The translations under genes and the position numbers were made by a program. Positions 1 to 9,248 of a DNA stretch of 64,000 bases are shown piece by piece (positions within the stretch are counted from its first letter, which is position 1; each line of letters starts with the position of its first letter). Origin of the DNA: Alphaproteobacteria bacterium. GTDB lineage: Bacteria > Pseudomonadota > Alphaproteobacteria > MPNO01 > VGEU01. The notes below the pieces were generated by a model. The model was not told where the DNA came from. It saw nothing but the letters and a program-made list of their open reading frames with translations, and searched no databases. The stretch is from contig VGEU01000006.1 of assembly GCA_016869145.1 (NCBI GenBank), forward strand, positions 2,210 to 66,209. Direction: 5' to 3'.

Positions 1-1547
1 CGCATGGTGCCGGCCGCCTCGGTCTCACCCGCGAGGCGAAGCGGCACGGCCGCGCCGTCGGCCCCGATGAGGCCGACCGCGATCGGCAGATGGAGCGGTT
101 CCTTCGCGGGCTGGCCCGGCGTCGGGCGCGTCGTCTGGGCGAGCGTCAGATCGAGCGCGTGCGAGGCCGGGTCCCAACGCCAGCGCGCGGCGATCTCGGG
201 CGTGCCCGCCTGAACGTACCAGCGCTTGAAGCGTCCGAGATCGACGCCGTTCGCATCGGCCATCGCGGCGACGAAGTCGTCGCAGGTCACGGCCTCGCCG
301 TCATGGCGGGCGAAATAGAGGTCCATGCCGCGTCGGAACCCCGCCGGGCCGAGAATCCGATGCATCATGCGGATCACCTCGGCGCCCTTCTCGTAGACGG
401 TCGCGGTGTAGAAGTTGTTGATCTCGATGTAGCTGTCGGGGCGGACAGGATGGGCGAGCGGCCCGGCGTCCTCGGCGAACTGGCGGGCGCGGAGCGCGCG
501 CACCTCCTCGATCCGCTTGACCGAGGACGAGCGCATGTCGGCCACGAAGAGCTGGTCGCGAAAGACGGTGAGCCCCTCCTTCAACGAGAGCTGGAACCAG
601 TCGCGACAGGTCACGCGGTTGCCGGTCCAGTTGTGGAAATACTCGTGCGCGACGACGGCCTCGATCCGCGCGAAGTCGAGATCGGTCGCGGTCTCGGGAT
701 CGGCCAGGATGTAGCGGGCGTTGAAGACGTTGAGGCTCTTGTTCTCCATCGCGCCCATGTTGAAGTGCGACACGGCGACGATGTTGAACAGGTCGAGATC
801 GTATTCGAGGCCGAACGCCTCCTCGTCCCAGCGCATCGAGCGCTTGAGCGAATCCATCGCATAGTCGCAGCGCCGCTCGTTGCCGTGCTCGACATAGATG
901 CGGAGCGTCACCGTCCGCCCCGACCGCGTGACGAAACGATCCTCGACCAGCGCGAGATCGCCTGCGACGAGTGCGAAGAGATAAGCGGGCTTCGGGAACG
1001 GGTCGTCCCACACCGCCTCGTGGCGGCCGTCGCCGAGATCGGCCGTCGAAACGAGATTGCCGTTAGAGAGCAGCACCGGAAGGCTCGCCCGGTCGCCGCG
1101 CACGGCGACCCGATAGGTGCTCATGACATCGGGACGGTCGAGGAAATAGGTGATGCGGCGGAAGCCCTCGGCCTCGCACTGGGTGGTGAAGATGCCGTTC
1201 GAGAGATAGAGCCCTTCGAGGCGGGTGTTGCCGCGCGGATCGATGGTCGCGTCGATCTCGAGCGTGAAGCGCGCCGGAGGCCGGTGGATCGTGAGCCCGG
1301 TGTCGTCGACCGCATACTCGGTCGCATCGAGCGGCCGGCCGTCGATCCGGAGCGCGCGGAGCGCGAGATCGGCGCCGTCGAGCCGGAGCTCCGGGCCGGT
1401 CTCGCCCGCGGCGCGGATCGCGAGCGTCGCCGCGACGCGCGTCGCGCCGGGGTCGAGATCGACCTCGAGCGCCACATGGTCGATGCGGTAGTCGGGCGGA
1501 CGATAGTCCGCGAGCCGCGTCGCCCTTGGTCCCTCGGTGGCGTCCAT
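1..1547 (-). CDS. pepN: aminopeptidase N (N-terminal ~515 aa; C-terminus lies beyond window start)
   Basis: Minus-strand reading from ATG (complement of cat at ~1545-1547), preceded by GGAGGAGA RBS. Translation contains GAMEN and HEYFHNW (HEXXH) zinc-aminopeptidase motifs. The long antisense + ORF 90..1619 is consistent with a real gene on the opposite strand. There is no stop in the window, so it is not in the ORF track. Confidence 0.85.
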   Translation of the reverse strand, partial: MDATEGPRATRLADYRPPDYRIDHVALEVDLDPGATRVAATLAIRAAGETGPELRLDGADLALRALRIDGRPLDATEYAVDDTGLTIHRPPARFTLEIDATIDPRGNTRLEGLYLSNGIFTTQCEAEGFRRITYFLDRPDVMSTYRVAVRGDRASLPVLLSNGNLVSTADLGDGRHEAVWDDPFPKPAYLFALVAGDLALVEDRFVTRSGRTVTLRIYVEHGNERRCDYAMDSLKRSMRWDEEAFGLEYDLDLFNIVAVSHFNMGAMENKSLNVFNARYILADPETATDLDFARIEAVVAHEYFHNWTGNRVTCRDWFQLSLKEGLTVFRDQLFVADMRSSSVKRIEEVRALRARQFAEDAGPLAHPVRPDSYIEINNFYTATVYEKGAEVIRMMHRILGPAGFRRGMDLYFARHDGEAVTCDDFVAAMADANGVDLGRFKRWYVQAGTPEIAARWRWDPASHALDLTLAQTTRPTPGQPAKEPLHLPIAVGLIGADGAAVPLRLAGETEAAGTM

Positions 1548-1627
1548 CCGTCTCCTCCCGTGCTGACCGTCTCTTGCATCGCGACGTCGTTGCGATCATA
1601 TCCGCTGGCCACAGTATAAAGCAGCCG

Positions 1628-4171
1628 ATGTCCGATCCGCGCATCGCCGTCCCGAAGGCGGCCTCCGAGCTTCCGATCGCCGAGGTGCTGGACGAGATCC
1701 GGGCCGCGCTCGCGACGCGACCGTCATGCGTCCTCTCCGCTCCGCCCGGCGCCGGCAAGACGACGGTCGTGCCGCTCGCGCTCGCCGAGGCGCCCTGGCT
1801 CGGCGGCGCGAAGATCGTGATGCTCGAGTCGCGCCGTGTCGCCGCGCGCGCCGCCGCGCGCCGCATGGCGTATCTCATCGGCGAAGGCGTCGGGGGCCGG
1901 ATCGGCTACCGCACCCGCACCGACACCCGCGTTGGTCGCGACACCCGGATCGAGGTCGTCACCGAGGGCATACTCACCCGGATGCTGCAGCGCGATCCGG
2001 CGCTCGACGGTGTCGGCGCCCTCGTCTTCGACGAGTTTCACGAGCGCTCGATCCATGCCGATCTCGGCCTCGCGCTCGCGCTCGATGCGCAGGCGGCGCT
2101 CCGTCCCGAGCTCCGCATCCTCGTCATGTCGGCGACGCTCGCGGCCGAGCCGCTCGCCCGCCTCCTCGGTGATGCGCCGATCGTGCGGAGCGCCGGCCGC
2201 GCCTTTCCCGTCGCGACGCGGCATGCCGAGCGGCGGCCAGCGGGTCCGATCGAGCCGGCGGTCGCGGCTGCGGTCGTCCGCGCGATCGAGACCGAGCCCG
2301 GCAGCGTGCTCGTCTTCCTGCCCGGCGAGCGCGAGATCCGCCGCGTCGCCTCGAGCCTCGCCGATACGGTCCCGTCGGCGATACGGATCGAGCCGCTCTA
2401 CGGCAACCTCGACCCGGCCGACCAGGACCGCGCCATCGCGCCGTCGCCCCCGGGCGTGCGCAAGATCGTCCTCGCGACCGCGATCGCCGAGACGAGCCTC
2501 ACGATCGAGGGCGTTCGGATCGTCGTCGATAGCGGGCTTCGTCGCGCGCTCCGCTTCGATCCCTCGACCGGTCTCGAGCGGCTGGCGACGGTGCGCATCT
2601 CGGCAGCGGCGTCCGAGCAACGGCGCGGGCGCGCCGGTCGGACGGAGCCCGGTCTCTGCGTGCGTCTGTGGCCCGAGGCCGAGCAGGCGGCGCTCCGCCC
2701 CTATGAGCCGCCCGAGATCGCGACCGCCGATCTCGCGCCGCTCGCGCTCGAGTTAGCGGCCTGGGGCGTGAAAGACCCCGCGGCACTCCGCTGGCTCGAC
2801 CCGCCACCAGCCGGTCCCTATGCGAGCGCGCGCGAGCTTCTCGGCCGCCTCGGCGCGCTCGATGCGGACGGCGGCCTCACCGACCAGGGCCGACAGATGG
2901 CGCGGCTCGGCATGCACCCGCGGCTCGCCGCAATGGCGCTCCGCTGCCGGACCGATGGGCAGGGCGCGCTCGGCGTGGCGATCGCCGCCCTCCTCGGCGA
3001 GCGCGACATCCTCCGCGCCGGCCCGGCGCGCGACAGCGACCTCCGGCACCGGCTCGAGATCCTCGCCGGCCGCGACGACGCCGCGCCCGCCGGCGTCGAT
3101 CATGGCCTCGTGCGCCAGATCCGGATCGCCGCCCGCCACAACGCCCGTCTCCTCGCGCTCGAGGCCGGCGCCGATACGCTCGCTTCCGGCGATATCGCCG
3201 CCGCCGGTCGGGCGCTCGCCTATGCCTATCCCGACCGGATCGCGCTCCGCCGCCCCGGCACGACCGGACAATTCCTCCTCAGCAATGGCCGCGGCGCGAC
3301 GCTGGCGCCGATCGACCCGCTCGCCGCCGCGGACGCGCTCGTCGCTGCCGATATCGACGGAGCCGGCGCCGATGCCCGAATCCATCTCGCCGCGCCACTC
3401 GCCGTCGAGGACATCGCCGAATTGCGCGCGGACGAGATCGTGAACGAGGAGATCGTCGCCTGGGACGGCCGCACCCGATCGGTCGCGGCACGGCGGCGGC
3501 GGCGCTTCGGCGCGCTCGTGCTGCGCGACGAGCCGATCGTCGGCCTCGATCCGGCGCGACGGGCGCAAGCGATGCGCGACGGGGTGCGCGCCCTCGGCCT
3601 CGGCGTCTTGCCGTGGACGCGGGAGGCGACGCAGCTCCGCGCGCGTATCGCCTTCGCCGGCCATCATGGCGCCGCGCCGGGCGATTGGCCGGACGTCTCG
3701 GACGAGGCCCTCCTCGCCGATCTCGACGCCTGGCTCACCGGGGCGCTCGGCGGGTGCTCCAAGGCCGACGATCTCGCGCGGCTCGACCTCGTCCGCCTCC
3801 TCCGCGACCGGCTCGACCACGCCCAGCGCGCGAGCCTCGACCGGTTTGCGCCGACCCATCTCGTGGTCGCGAGCGGCACGCGCCTGCCCCTCGACTACGA
3901 GCCCGGCGCCGTCCCCGTCCTCGCCGTCCGCCTGCAGCAGATGTTCGGCACCACTCGCCACCCGGCCGTCGGCGACGGCCGCGTGCCGGTCGTCCTCCAG
4001 CTCCTGTCGCCGGCCGGCCGGCCGGTCCAGATCACGCGCGATATCGCCGGTTTCTGGCAGGACAGCTATCGCGCCGTCCGGCGCGAGATGTTCGGTCGCT
4101 ACCCCAAGCACCCGTGGCCCGAGGACCCGCTCGCGGCACCGCCGACCAATCGCGCGAAGCCCCGGCGATGA
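1628..4171 (+). CDS. hrpB: ATP-dependent RNA helicase HrpB
   Basis: ORF 1526..4171. Internal ATG at 1628 (MSDPRIAVPK) gives 847 aa. Walker A (PPGAGKTT) and DEFHERS (DEAH-type) motifs; typical HrpB length. Confidence 0.85.
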   Translation: MSDPRIAVPKAASELPIAEVLDEIRAALATRPSCVLSAPPGAGKTTVVPLALAEAPWLGGAKIVMLESRRVAARAAARRMAYLIGEGVGGRIGYRTRTDTRVGRDTRIEVVTEGILTRMLQRDPALDGVGALVFDEFHERSIHADLGLALALDAQAALRPELRILVMSATLAAEPLARLLGDAPIVRSAGRAFPVATRHAERRPAGPIEPAVAAAVVRAIETEPGSVLVFLPGEREIRRVASSLADTVPSAIRIEPLYGNLDPADQDRAIAPSPPGVRKIVLATAIAETSLTIEGVRIVVDSGLRRALRFDPSTGLERLATVRISAAASEQRRGRAGRTEPGLCVRLWPEAEQAALRPYEPPEIATADLAPLALELAAWGVKDPAALRWLDPPPAGPYASARELLGRLGALDADGGLTDQGRQMARLGMHPRLAAMALRCRTDGQGALGVAIAALLGERDILRAGPARDSDLRHRLEILAGRDDAAPAGVDHGLVRQIRIAARHNARLLALEAGADTLASGDIAAAGRALAYAYPDRIALRRPGTTGQFLLSNGRGATLAPIDPLAAADALVAADIDGAGADARIHLAAPLAVEDIAELRADEIVNEEIVAWDGRTRSVAARRRRRFGALVLRDEPIVGLDPARRAQAMRDGVRALGLGVLPWTREATQLRARIAFAGHHGAAPGDWPDVSDEALLADLDAWLTGALGGCSKADDLARLDLVRLLRDRLDHAQRASLDRFAPTHLVVASGTRLPLDYEPGAVPVLAVRLQQMFGTTRHPAVGDGRVPVVLQLLSPAGRPVQITRDIAGFWQDSYRAVRREMFGRYPKHPWPEDPLAAPPTNRAKPRR

Positions 4172-4673
4172 ACCGAGAATACCTTGATCGTGCCGCGTCC
4201 CGGCCGCAATCGGGTCCGAGGAAATAGGGGTCGATCGGAGCCCGACCCATCGCTAGAGTTGCGGCCGGGTGGCGGATACGACCGAAACAAAGAAACGAGT
4301 GGCGGACAAGTCGGTGTACAGCGGTATTCGACGTGACCACGGGCCGGCCGCGCGCCGCGGGCCGGCCGGCTCATCCGGCGCCCGCGCGCAAGGCTCCGTT
4401 AACGGGGCTCGGACAGGATGGTGGCTTCGGGTCGACCGTGCGGTTGGCCGGAACGCCGGTTCGGGGCGTCCTTCCCGATCCGGCCACGGCGTAGTTGCGT
4501 AGGTGCGTATCATGTCGACGCGTCGCTCGGGCCTCATCGAGTAGGCCGCCCCTGATCCGAAGACGTTCGCCGAGCGTCTGGTCGGCCACCTCCGCTTCCT
4601 GACCGGCAAGGACCCGGGCCACGCCGAGCCGCGCGACTGGTTCATCGCGACCGCCGGCCTCGCCCGCGAGGGC

Positions 4674-7070
4674 ATGGTCAAGCACTGGTCGCCGAGCGGG
4701 CGCGAGCGCGACTGCTGGATGGGCAAGCGCGTCTACTACCTCTCGATGGAATTCCTGCCGGGCCGGCTCCTCTCCGATACGCTCCGCAATATCGGCCTCT
4801 ACGACAACGTCCGCGACGCGCTCGCGATCTACCAGGTCGACCTCGAGGCGCTCGGCGAGTTCGAGCACGATCCCGCGCTCGGCAATGGCGGCCTGGGCCG
4901 GCTCGCGGCCTGCCTCCTCGATGCGATGGCGACCGTCGGCTATTGCGGCGGCGGCTACGGCATCCGCTTCGAGTACGGCATGTTCACCCAGAAGCTCGAG
5001 AACGGGTGGCAGGTCGAGTATCCCGAGCTGTGGCTCCGCCACGGCAATCCGTGGGAGTTCCCGCGCCCCGAGGTCGCCTTCCCGATCCGCTTCAACGGCC
5101 GTGTCGTCGATTCGCGCGACAACTACGACCGTCCGATCCGGCGCTGGATCGACACCGAGGAGGTGACGGCCATCGCCTATGACGTGCCCGTCGTCGGCTA
5201 CACGGGCGAGACCGTCAACACGCTCCGCCTGTGGTCCGCGCGCGCCCGCGAGGAGTTCGATATCGTCCGTTTCAACGAGGGCGACTTCAACCGCGCGGTC
5301 GAGAGCCGGACGGCGTGGGAGAACCTCTCGCGCGTGCTCTACCCCAGCGACGCGACGCCGGCCGGGCGCGAGCTCCGATTCAAGCAGGAGTACTTCTTCG
5401 CGACCGCCTCGATCCACGACATCCTGGCGCACTATCTCCACAACCACGAGACGATCGAGACGCTCCCCGACCACGTCGCCATCCAGATCAACGACACCCA
5501 TCCCGCGATCGCGCCGGTCGAGATGATCCGCGTGCTGGTCGACGATCACCGTGTCGACTTCGACCGCGCGCTCGAGATCACCCGGCGCACCTTCGGCTAC
5601 ACCAACCACACCCTGATGCCCGAGGCGCTCGAGGTCTGGCCGGTCGCCTATTTCGAGCGCTTCCTGCCGCGCCATCTCGAGATCATCTACGAGATGAACG
5701 AGCGGCTGATCCGGGAGGCCTCGCGGACGAATCCCGGCGACTTCGCTTTCCTCGAGCGCGTCTCGATCATTGGCGAGAACGGCGAGCGCCATGTCCGCAT
5801 GGCGCATGTCGCGTTCGCCACGTCGCACCGCGTCAACGGCGTGTCGCGCGTCCACACCCGGCTCATGCAGGAGACGGTGTTCCGCGATCTCAACCGGCTC
5901 CATCCCGATCGGATCGTCAACATCACCAACGGCGTCACGCCCCGGCGCTGGATCGCCGGGTCCAATCCCGGCCTCGCCAAGATCATCACCGACCGCATCG
6001 GCGACCGCTGGCTGATGCGGCTCGACGATCTCGAGGCGATCGCGCCGCTCGCCGACGATCCGCCCTTCCGCGCCGCCTTCCGCGCCGTCAAGCACGCCAA
6101 CAAGGAAGCGCTCGCCCGCCACATCGCCGAACGCTGCGGCATCTCGATCGATCCGCACTCGCTGTTCGACGTCCACATCAAGCGGCTGCACGAGTACAAG
6201 CGCCAGCTCCTCAACGTGCTCCACGTCGTCACGCGCTACTACCGGATCGAGGCGAACCCGCAGAGCGTCCACCAGCCGCGCACGGTGATCTTTTCCGGCA
6301 AGTCGGCGCCCGGCTACGCGATGGCGAAGCTCACCATCAAGCTGATCAACGAGGTCGCCCACGTCGTCCACACCGATCCGATGGCGCGCCACCTCCTCAA
6401 GGTCGTGTTCCTGCCCAACTACAACGTGAGCCTCGCCCAGCGGGTCATCCCGGCGGCCGATCTGTCGCAGCAGATTTCGACCGCCGGCACCGAGGCCTCG
6501 GGCACCGGCAACATGAAGCTCGCCCTCAACGGCGCTCTGACCGTCTGCACGCTCGACGGCGCCAATATCGAGATCGCCGAGGCCGTCGGACGCGAGAACA
6601 TGTTCATCTTCGGGCTCTCGGTCGAGGAGATCGTGGCGCTCCGGTCCGCCGGCTACGACCCCAACACCTTCATCCACGAGAACCACGAGCTCGGCGTCGT
6701 GATCGACATGATCGCGTCCGGGCTGTTCTCACCGCGCGAGCGCGACCTGTTCCGCCCGCTCGTCGACTCGCTCCGCCACGGCGACCGCTACATGTTGTGC
6801 GCGGACTATCGCGGCTATGTCGACTCGCAGGACCGGATAGACGCGGTCCATCGCGACCGGGACGAATGGACGCGGCACGCGATCCTCAACGTCGCGCGCA
6901 TGGGCCGGATGTCGTCCGACCGCGCCATCGTCGAGTATGGGCGCGAAGTCTGGGGCCTCGGCGGCGATCCCGGCGCGCTCGCCGAGAGCGAGGCGCGCGC
7001 GATCGAGCAGCGTCGCCGCCAGGCGCAGACTGCCGGCATCCTGCATCTGGCCTCAACGACGGCGCACTGA
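4674..7070 (+). CDS. glgP: glycogen phosphorylase (GT35, PLP-dependent). The intact ORF begins at an internal Met; the authentic N-terminus (ATG ~4512) is cut off by an in-frame TAG at ~4542-4544
   Basis: 798-aa ORF with the EASGTGNMK pyridoxal-phosphate lysine motif. The upstream in-frame region (PDPKTFAERLVGHLRFLTGKDPGHAEPRDWF) aligns to the conserved phosphorylase N-terminus but follows a TAG. Confidence 0.8.
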   Translation: MVKHWSPSGRERDCWMGKRVYYLSMEFLPGRLLSDTLRNIGLYDNVRDALAIYQVDLEALGEFEHDPALGNGGLGRLAACLLDAMATVGYCGGGYGIRFEYGMFTQKLENGWQVEYPELWLRHGNPWEFPRPEVAFPIRFNGRVVDSRDNYDRPIRRWIDTEEVTAIAYDVPVVGYTGETVNTLRLWSARAREEFDIVRFNEGDFNRAVESRTAWENLSRVLYPSDATPAGRELRFKQEYFFATASIHDILAHYLHNHETIETLPDHVAIQINDTHPAIAPVEMIRVLVDDHRVDFDRALEITRRTFGYTNHTLMPEALEVWPVAYFERFLPRHLEIIYEMNERLIREASRTNPGDFAFLERVSIIGENGERHVRMAHVAFATSHRVNGVSRVHTRLMQETVFRDLNRLHPDRIVNITNGVTPRRWIAGSNPGLAKIITDRIGDRWLMRLDDLEAIAPLADDPPFRAAFRAVKHANKEALARHIAERCGISIDPHSLFDVHIKRLHEYKRQLLNVLHVVTRYYRIEANPQSVHQPRTVIFSGKSAPGYAMAKLTIKLINEVAHVVHTDPMARHLLKVVFLPNYNVSLAQRVIPAADLSQQISTAGTEASGTGNMKLALNGALTVCTLDGANIEIAEAVGRENMFIFGLSVEEIVALRSAGYDPNTFIHENHELGVVIDMIASGLFSPRERDLFRPLVDSLRHGDRYMLCADYRGYVDSQDRIDAVHRDRDEWTRHAILNVARMGRMSSDRAIVEYGREVWGLGGDPGALAESEARAIEQRRRQAQTAGILHLASTTAH

Positions 7071-7079
7071 CCGACGCGG

Positions 7080-9248
7080 CTATTCGGCCCGGGTCGCCCC
7101 GATCTCGGCCGCAACCCTCCGGACAGATTCGTCGCTCTCCAGCGTCTCGACGGCGGGCTCGAATTTCCGCCGCCAGTTCGGATGCTGATCGGTCGTTCCC
7201 GGCACATTGATCTGCGCGGTCTCGCCGAGAATGTCGCCGAGATGAACGCTCATCAGCATCGACGGCGTGCGGGCGAGGAACAGGTGGACCGCGCGCATGA
7301 CGGACGGCGTCAACGCGTCGTCCTCGGGCTCGTGCGGGCCGATCAGCGCCTCGCGCCGCAGGGCTTCGATCAGCCCGCTCCGGTCGCGCCAGCGCTGGTC
7401 CAGGATCCGCGCCGCCGTCTCCGCATCGGGAAAGAGCCCGAGCGTCGCCCGCAACACGATGTCCTCGCCCCGCCACCACGCGGCGAGCGTCGCGAGATCG
7501 TGGGTCGAGACCGTGACCGTCGCTTGTCGTGGATAGTGCGTCGGCTTCCGGTAGACCGACGGCGCCTCCTGCTCGAAGAAGAGGAGCCGATAGGAAAGGA
7601 TACCGGCGCGTGCGAGACGCTCGCGAAACCCGCGCGGGACGGTGCCGAGATCCTCGCCGACGACCATGGTCCGCGCCCGACGGCTCTCCAAGGCGACGAT
7701 GCCGGCGAGCTCGTCGAACCGATAGCGGACGTAACAGCCTTCGTCGGCGCGCGCGCCTCTCGGGATCCAGTAGAGCCGGAGAAGGCTCATCACGTGGTCG
7801 ACGCGGAGCGCGCCGGCATGGCGCATGTTGGCGCGCACCGTCTCGATGAAGGGCGCGTAGGCGGCGTCGCGAAGCGCCTGCGGCCCGTAGGGCGGCAAGC
7901 CCCAGTCCTGACCGAGGCGGTTCCAGTCGTCGGGCGGCGCCCCGAGGCTCGCCCCGGTCGCGATCAATGCACGGTTTGCCCACGTTTCTGCGCCGCCACC
8001 GTCGGCACCCAGTGCGAGATCGCGATAGAGGCCGGGCACCATGCCCGATGCGGCGGCGCACTTGGCCGCGCGCGCGAGCTGGCGGTCGGCCTGCCATTGC
8101 AGCCAGGCGTAGAACTCGACGCTCTCCGGCGCCTCCGTCGCGACCGCTCGCGCCGCGGCGGCAGCCGGGTCATGAAACGGTTCCGGCCAGGCCGGCCAGC
8201 CGCCGCGGTCGGCGAACCGCTCGGCGAGCACCTCGTAACGGCAATAGGTCTCGAGCGATGCACCACCCGAGCGTCGGAACGCCTCGAATGCGGGCCGCGC
8301 CGCCCCGTCGCCCGAGGCGCGGAACGCACGGTGGAGCGCCTCGAACAGCGGCCGCTTCAATTTCGAGACCGCCGGGTAGTCGACGAGGTCGGCCGCGCGG
8401 GCGCGTGCGAGCGTCGCGCGGAACGCGGGATCGGCGCGGATCGCATCGATCTCGGCCGCGCCCGCGAAGCCGTCGATCGCCGCGGGGTCGATGGCGGCGG
8501 TGTCGAGGAAGGCCCGATGCGAGGGCGCATAGGGCGAGGCGTGCGCCGGGTTGGCGGGAAAGCGCTGGTGCAGCGGGTTGAGGCCGACGACCGCGGCACC
8601 GAGCCGTGCGCTCGCCTCGGCGAAGGCCGCGAGATCGGAGAAATCGCCGACACCGAAGTTCCGCGCCGACCGGAGCCCATAGAGCTGGATCGAAAAGCCC
8701 CAGCGCCGCGCGCCCTCCACCAGACCCGGCGGCAGGAACGCGACCGCCGGCACGACGATGAGACGGGTCGTCGTGCCCGGATGATCGCCGAGACCGTCGA
8801 GCGCGACGTCGTGGTAGCCGAGCGGCGGCGCGACGGGGAGGACGAAGCGCCGGGTCTCGTGGCGGATACCATCGATGCGCCGCGCGGCGATGACCGGAAG
8901 GCTATCGACCCGGACCGAGCCCGATCGCGTCTCGCCCGTCTCGGCCCGGAGCGTCCACGACAGGACGACGCCGCTCCGCGTGGCCGCCAGCGTCAGCGGC
9001 ACCGAGACGGCGCCCGCCACATCCTCGACCGCCATGACGACCGGCGGCAATACGCGATGCCAGCGGCGCGCGATAAGGCGTCGCCGGCTCGCCTCGACCG
9101 CCGCGGGCGTGTCGATCGGAAGGCCGAGGGCCGCCATGACGGCCGCGACGACCTCGGGCACGGCGTGGCGACGCCCGCCCCAGGCATCGCGATAGGCAGC
9201 GCGCACGCCGGCGCGGCGGATGAGCGGCGCTGTCGGGAACCCGGTCAT
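7080..9248 (-). CDS. malQ: 4-alpha-glucanotransferase (amylomaltase)
   Basis: ORF 7080..9545. Internal Met ([10 protein letters not shown]) at 9248 overlaps the glgX stop (ATGA). GH77 family sequence (FSIQLYGLRS...GVGDFSDL...LNPLH). Confidence 0.8.
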   Translation of the reverse strand: MTGFPTAPLIRRAGVRAAYRDAWGGRRHAVPEVVAAVMAALGLPIDTPAAVEASRRRLIARRWHRVLPPVVMAVEDVAGAVSVPLTLAATRSGVVLSWTLRAETGETRSGSVRVDSLPVIAARRIDGIRHETRRFVLPVAPPLGYHDVALDGLGDHPGTTTRLIVVPAVAFLPPGLVEGARRWGFSIQLYGLRSARNFGVGDFSDLAAFAEASARLGAAVVGLNPLHQRFPANPAHASPYAPSHRAFLDTAAIDPAAIDGFAGAAEIDAIRADPAFRATLARARAADLVDYPAVSKLKRPLFEALHRAFRASGDGAARPAFEAFRRSGGASLETYCRYEVLAERFADRGGWPAWPEPFHDPAAAAARAVATEAPESVEFYAWLQWQADRQLARAAKCAAASGMVPGLYRDLALGADGGGAETWANRALIATGASLGAPPDDWNRLGQDWGLPPYGPQALRDAAYAPFIETVRANMRHAGALRVDHVMSLLRLYWIPRGARADEGCYVRYRFDELAGIVALESRRARTMVVGEDLGTVPRGFRERLARAGILSYRLLFFEQEAPSVYRKPTHYPRQATVTVSTHDLATLAAWWRGEDIVLRATLGLFPDAETAARILDQRWRDRSGLIEALRREALIGPHEPEDDALTPSVMRAVHLFLARTPSMLMSVHLGDILGETAQINVPGTTDQHPNWRRKFEPAVETLESDESVRRVAAEIGATRAE

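Noticed and set aside
90-1619. 509-aa plus-strand ORF
   Set aside because: R/E/D/V-rich antisense composition. It lies exactly opposite the clearly recognisable pepN (GAMEN/HEXXH) gene. This is the high-GC antisense open frame artefact.
4172-4511. Possible small RNA/riboswitch or terminator hairpin (gggtcg...cgaccc) in the hrpB-glgP intergenic region
   Set aside because: Only a 6-bp stem without a U-tract, and no recognisable riboswitch consensus. Probably just promoter/UTR sequence.
4371-6686. 771-aa minus-strand ORF
   Set aside because: Antisense to glycogen phosphorylase, with low-complexity E/D/R/G/V composition and no family similarity.
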